Below are positions 59,248 to 64,000 of a stretch of 64,000 bases of DNA, in pieces. The position numbers and the translations under genes are program-made. Under the pieces are notes generated by a model. The model saw only the letters and a list, made by a program, of their open reading frames with translations. It was not told where the DNA came from and ran no database searches. Position 1 is the first letter of the stretch. Each line of letters opens with the position of its first letter. Origin of the DNA: Parachlamydiales bacterium (lineage in GTDB: Bacteria; Chlamydiota; Chlamydiia; Chlamydiales; SM23-39); NCBI GenBank assembly GCA_050302075.1, contig JBNLAH010000003.1, positions 1 through 64,000 of the forward strand. Direction: 5' to 3'.

Positions 59248-60207
59248 ATCTTGTTCTAATGACAAAATTTGGTCAAAATATTTAATTGTAGCTAAGAGGC
59301 CATCATCAATTGAAGTTGTAGGGCTCCACTTCAAAAGTTCCTTAGCTCTTTTGATATTTGGTTTTCTTTTTCGAGGATCATCTGATGGAAGCGGTAATGT
59401 AATGATCGGTGATTTAGAGTTTGTAAGCAAAAGGATTTTCTCAGCTAAATCAATAATCCTGAACTCATCAGGATTACCTAAATTGATTGGACCTATTGCT
59501 GAGTAGTCAGATTTCATCATAGCACAAATTCCCCCTATTAGATCGCTCACATAACAAAAAGATCTAGTCTGTTCGCCTGAACCGTAAATTGTAATAGGTT
59601 GGTTTTTTAAAGCTTGGACTATAAAGTTAGAAACTACCCTTCCATCATTGGGCTGCATTCTAGGCCCATATGTGTTAAAAATTCTAACTACCTTAATAGG
59701 AATCTGAAACTCTCTCCAATAATCAAAAAATAGGGTCTCAGCGCATCTTTTACCCTCGTCATAACAAGATCGAAGCCCTGTTGGATTAACATTCCCCCAA
59801 TAGCTTTCCTCTTGAGGATGTAACTTAGGATCTCCATAAACCTCACTAGTTGAAGCTTGTAGCACCTTGGCCTTGTTTGACACTGCCAAATCCAGCATAT
59901 TTATAGAGCCTAAAACACTTGTCTTAGTTGTTTGAATTGGATCCATTTGGTAATGGACCGGAGATGCCGGACAAGCAAAATTATAGACTTCATCAACATC
60001 TAACTGCAAGGGTCTACAAATATCGTGTTCAATTACATTAAAGTTAGAGTAGCAAATTAAATGATCAATATTTTCTTTTTTACCAGTGAAGAAATTATCT
60101 ACACAAGTTACAAAATGATCTTCTTTGATTAATCTTTCACATAAATGAGAGCCTAAAAACCCAGCTCCACCGGTAACTAATATTTTTTTTTGTTCTTTTT
60201 TTCTCAT
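59227..60207 (-). CDS. UDP-glucuronate decarboxylase (UDP-xylose synthase)
   Basis: [31 protein letters not shown]. Confidence 0.93.
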   Translation of the reverse strand: MRKKEQKKILVTGGAGFLGSHLCERLIKEDHFVTCVDNFFTGKKENIDHLICYSNFNVIEHDICRPLQLDVDEVYNFACPASPVHYQMDPIQTTKTSVLGSINMLDLAVSNKAKVLQASTSEVYGDPKLHPQEESYWGNVNPTGLRSCYDEGKRCAETLFFDYWREFQIPIKVVRIFNTYGPRMQPNDGRVVSNFIVQALKNQPITIYGSGEQTRSFCYVSDLIGGICAMMKSDYSAIGPINLGNPDEFRIIDLAEKILLLTNSKSPIITLPLPSDDPRKRKPNIKRAKELLKWSPTTSIDDGLLATIKYFDQILSLEQDSISSGS

Positions 60208-63047
60208 TACTTTACTTTTAGAAATCCAACCATGCTTTCTTTTTGAAAAAAAGCAGATAACTTTTGTACTGTTTCATCTATAAAAGACACTACCAATTTG
60301 TCAGAAAATTGCAAATAAGCAGTAGCCTCAGCACTAGTTGGACTTGTCTTTCCATATGCTATAACAATGTCATATTTTTCTTTTATTTCTTTTATAAATT
60401 GATGAAAAGATAAAGATCTCAATATTTCTGTTCCGTATCTAGAAGTTATTCCCGCTGGCAAAAAGTCAAAATTATGAAACCTTTGAATGGGGATTTCTTT
60501 AAGATTTTTATCTAAATATTGTGCCATTCCTATGCCCTTATTTGAATGGATTGATTGAAAGTTAAGTTCAAGCAATAATACTTTCTTCCCAATCTTACCA
60601 ACTAAATCGCTTAAACAATAAGCATAGTTCGGCCCATTGTTTCCTATTAAACTTAATACTTTACATGATTTTTCCAATAAAGGCTCGGAAAATTGAATAA
60701 TATTTCTTAACACTTCTAAGTCATTATCATTAATGTATTCGACTTCAGGACCATCGCAGGCATAAGAGATCTCTCCTAGGGTTATTTCTTTAATGGCACT
60801 CAGATTGTCTAATGTAGCTATAAAACCTTTAGATAAGGCTCTTATAAAAAAGTATAAAAAAGCTAGAAAAAGGCCGATTAAAAAAGTCACAACAAATATA
60901 AAAAACCCTTTTTTGCTGTTAGGGCCTTTTGGGAACTCCGCCAATTCAATAGGTTTGGATGCAATTTGTTTTAAGTGGTATTCAATTGTTTTAGATTCTA
61001 TTAAACTTGTTAAAGACTGGATCATCTTTAGTGCAGCTCCAGAGCGCAGATCTAGTAACTTTTCTTTTTTCCATTTCTCGGGGAGTAACAACATGTTGTT
61101 TCTAATTGATTGCATTTGATTTTGTAACAAGTTTTTTTCTTTTAAAATATTTTCTTTTCTAAAAAACAAATAATCTTTTGCTTGCTGATCTAAAATTGAG
61201 ATCTGTTGATTGGTCCTATCAAGAGCTGCCATCTGAAGCGCATAAAACTTGTCTTTATATAAATTTTCTAACGACCTCTCAGCTTGGAGAGTTTGGCTAA
61301 TATGTGTTTTCAAAAATTTACGAATTAAAAAAAGATCTTTTTCTAATCTCCCCTTGTCTTTCTCACTTAAAATATCATTATCATTTAAACGAAATTGAAT
61401 ATCATTTGCCTGATTTATAAGCCCTTTACTTACAGAGTCTGAAAGGAAAGGAGATATAGAGCTTATTTCAAATTGATCCTTGTCAATTTCTTTCAAAATA
61501 ATTTCCAATTGTCTTACTTGAGCTTGGATTTGATCTATTTTATGATTATATTTTATATAAAGCTCATTTGCAGTATCAGCGTCCAACCCTTCAAACATCT
61601 TGTCTTGAGATTGAGCAAATATTGGCCTAGATTTTAATATTTTTTCTTGAGTTGTCAGAGCTCTTTTAAATTGAGACAGGTGATAATTCAAATCTTCTTT
61701 TATTGTATTTTCATCTTTTTCTGTCTTTAAACCTTCAATTTGTGAAGATGTCTTTAATATTTCTTTTTTGTTTAATTGTTCCAGTGCATTTTCGATCTCA
61801 CTTTTTTCTTTTCTTAAACTTGAAATATCTTTCAAAAGTTTATCCATATTTTGGGAATACGTCCCTTGCAGCGGATCTTCATTCTTTTTTTCCTGTGAAA
61901 AAAGCGACATGCTTAAGGCATCTTTTTTCTGGTTCAAAGTACTTTTCTGAATACTCATAGCAGCAAGTTTTTTCCCAACAAGCTCATCATTAAATATAAA
62001 ATCGCTGTCTGATTTTTTTAACAAATCAATATGCGCAAGCTCTAAGTCAAGGTCGAATAGCCTTTTCAAACATTCTGCGTGGGGGTTTGCAAAGCTTGAA
62101 ATTTCTTGTTCTAAAGCAATAAATCCATTCTTAATTAAATTGTCTGATAGATACTCTGCATGGCTATCGAGAGTATTTTCAAGGTTTTGCCCTACTTGCT
62201 TTTTTCTTTGCTCTAAATATTTAAATTGTTCTTTAGCAAAGGTGTCACTCTCTTTCTCTAAATATTTAACATAAGAGTGCATAAGCCCATTTAAAGTATT
62301 TTGAGCTAGATATGGATCAATATCTTTGTAGGTTATATCCAAAACATTATCGCTATAACGCGACACTTGGATTTTTAAATTGCGTTTAACTTTTGCAACA
62401 CAGCCCTCAACTGATGTAAAATTTAAAATATAAGCTTTGTTTTTTTTTAAATTTTTTGGAGTCGCTTGTATTATAAAAGAAATTTCATCTAGAAAGATTT
62501 TTTCATTTAACCTTCCTTTTGCTTTCACTTTTTTCTTCATATCAAAAATTTCAAATGAGTCGTTTGACTTAAAAAAAACAAGATATTTTCTTGAAGCTGT
62601 AGATGGACAATTTACTTCTTTAAATCTAAAGTTGCTACTTTCCTTATCAGTTATTTTAAATTCTCTTTTTAGATTTTGAAAGTACCTTGATAAGATTGCA
62701 AAAAAACGACTTTTATTTTTCAAATAGCAACTAGCTTGCAATCCAAATTTTTTCACAACAGGCTCAATTACAAGCCGAGACTGAATCATCTCCTTAGCTT
62801 TATTCTTATCATTTTCAACTGATCCTGACGAAAAAAAATCTTTAAAATTCAACGATTCTTTTTTTTCGGGCATTTCTGAAAATTTAGCAGAAGATTGGTA
62901 GACATCAGGTTTAATCATTACATAAAAAAAACAAATACTTGCAAAAATTAAAGCAAAACCAAAAATTTGTTTTTTTAAAGTAGTAAAAATATTTGATATA
63001 TCGCTTAAGCAAAAAAATACTTCATCACCTGACATGTTATTTCTCAT
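60207..63047 (-). CDS. Wzc/GumC-like polysaccharide co-polymerase with degenerate kinase domain
   Basis: Two TM segments flanking a large coiled-coil periplasmic domain; C-terminal P-loop-like fold; follows wza; start uncertain. Confidence 0.8.
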   Translation of the reverse strand: MRNNMSGDEVFFCLSDISNIFTTLKKQIFGFALIFASICFFYVMIKPDVYQSSAKFSEMPEKKESLNFKDFFSSGSVENDKNKAKEMIQSRLVIEPVVKKFGLQASCYLKNKSRFFAILSRYFQNLKREFKITDKESSNFRFKEVNCPSTASRKYLVFFKSNDSFEIFDMKKKVKAKGRLNEKIFLDEISFIIQATPKNLKKNKAYILNFTSVEGCVAKVKRNLKIQVSRYSDNVLDITYKDIDPYLAQNTLNGLMHSYVKYLEKESDTFAKEQFKYLEQRKKQVGQNLENTLDSHAEYLSDNLIKNGFIALEQEISSFANPHAECLKRLFDLDLELAHIDLLKKSDSDFIFNDELVGKKLAAMSIQKSTLNQKKDALSMSLFSQEKKNEDPLQGTYSQNMDKLLKDISSLRKEKSEIENALEQLNKKEILKTSSQIEGLKTEKDENTIKEDLNYHLSQFKRALTTQEKILKSRPIFAQSQDKMFEGLDADTANELYIKYNHKIDQIQAQVRQLEIILKEIDKDQFEISSISPFLSDSVSKGLINQANDIQFRLNDNDILSEKDKGRLEKDLFLIRKFLKTHISQTLQAERSLENLYKDKFYALQMAALDRTNQQISILDQQAKDYLFFRKENILKEKNLLQNQMQSIRNNMLLLPEKWKKEKLLDLRSGAALKMIQSLTSLIESKTIEYHLKQIASKPIELAEFPKGPNSKKGFFIFVVTFLIGLFLAFLYFFIRALSKGFIATLDNLSAIKEITLGEISYACDGPEVEYINDNDLEVLRNIIQFSEPLLEKSCKVLSLIGNNGPNYAYCLSDLVGKIGKKVLLLELNFQSIHSNKGIGMAQYLDKNLKEIPIQRFHNFDFLPAGITSRYGTEILRSLSFHQFIKEIKEKYDIVIAYGKTSPTSAEATAYLQFSDKLVVSFIDETVQKLSAFFQKESMVGFLKVK

Positions 63048-64000
63048 GGAATAAACAACCCCCAACTACGACATCCTTTGCCAATAACATCTATACCGGT
63101 AAAACAAGGTAGAAGCTGTGAGATAAAACGATTCCATTCGGTAATTGGCTTTGCAGCAACATAAACAACATCTCCCGGCATCAATAGCAGCGATTCATTT
63201 GGCAAATGAATAACATGCTTCCAACTAAGTGTGTATATCTTCGGGCATGCTATTGCTCCTCTAATGATTTGGATATATGATTTGTCCCCTGTAAACGGAA
63301 TTCCTCTGGCGGACGCCAAAGCTTCTCTTAATGATATATATCCATTAGGCAAATTGACAACAGTTTCACAGCCTACTTCCCCTAGAACCATTAGATTGGC
63401 AGATGAGGGATCCGCTATATAAATTTTGTCACCACCACGCATAACAACATTTTGGGTCATATCGCCCTCCTTTAAAAGCTTATGGAAATCAACTGATATT
63501 AATTGATTGTCTCGAATCATATAACTTTTAAAAAGGTTTGCATTTGGAGGGACCTTTGCAATTGAAAGAACATCAAACAATCTAATTTTTCCATCTACCG
63601 GCACACTGGAAATTGCCACAAGCCCGGCCAATTCAACTTTTCTTAATATTCTGTTTTTATATGCTACAAAAGCTTCTATATCACTAATTTGGTTCAAATA
63701 AAGGTTCTGAATTTTTTCTTTAGCTTCCTGGAGTGTTAAGCCACTAACACAAACGGGTGGAAGGTCTGGCAAATATATCCTCCCGTCAGTTACCCTATAA
63801 CCAATCGTATTACCAATTTTAGAAACAGCTTCTGTAATGTCTGATCTTTTGGGATGATAGATCTCAATTTTTAGAACATCATCTTCATGAATTGTATCTT
63901 TATACTCTTCTAAAAAATCTAAAGGGAGCTGTTCAAAACATTTGCCTTCCATTTCCAAAATAGAAAATTTTCCAGCCTTTATTTTGTAAGAATCTACGAC
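63044..64000 (-). CDS. Wza-like polysaccharide export protein; partial, frame open to the window edge
   Basis: DG.IYLP...V.GLTL.EA, SLBB repeats, VLGEV, L.PGDVVYV. Confidence 0.88.
   Translation of the reverse strand, partial: VVDSYKIKAGKFSILEMEGKCFEQLPLDFLEEYKDTIHEDDVLKIEIYHPKRSDITEAVSKIGNTIGYRVTDGRIYLPDLPPVCVSGLTLQEAKEKIQNLYLNQISDIEAFVAYKNRILRKVELAGLVAISSVPVDGKIRLFDVLSIAKVPPNANLFKSYMIRDNQLISVDFHKLLKEGDMTQNVVMRGGDKIYIADPSSANLMVLGEVGCETVVNLPNGYISLREALASARGIPFTGDKSYIQIIRGAIACPKIYTLSWKHVIHLPNESLLLMPGDVVYVAAKPITEWNRFISQLLPCFTGIDVIGKGCRSWGLFIP

Noticed and set aside
3909..63422. Numerous short antisense or alternative-frame ORFs nested in long genes
   Set aside because: No motifs, and fully overlapped by well-supported conserved genes.

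Overview
AT-rich window (about 30-33% GC by eye) from an environmental member of the Chlamydiota. The assignment rests on the chlamydial sctJ-sctK-sctL-sctR-sctS-sctT type III secretion cluster, a ~1100-aa PBP2 next to tRNA-Gly-rpsB-tsf-frr, and Cys-rich MOMP-like porins. The left half is mostly metabolic: carAB and pyrBI, sufBCDS, rmlCDB, and a de novo purine cluster purM-L-Q-H-C-D-N-F, which is atypical for this usually nucleotide-auxotrophic phylum. The span from ~36.7 to 53.2 kb looks accessory. It holds a Cys-repeat lipoprotein, an IspD-SDR (Bcs1-like) fusion, an internally duplicated protein with a decayed tail, three porin paralogues (two almost identical), a photolyase, effector-like orphans and a pair of small paralogues. 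The most striking item sits next to tRNA-Lys/Glu: a 60-aa class I lanthipeptide-like precursor (FDLD leader, Cys/Ser/Thr core) directly followed by a nisin-resistance-protein-like S41 peptidase, with no LanB/LanC in the window. Other oddities are a PurC with a degenerate PurE-like domain, pyrH missing from between tsf and frr, and a Wzc that appears kinase-dead. All calls come from motif recognition; no searches were run.
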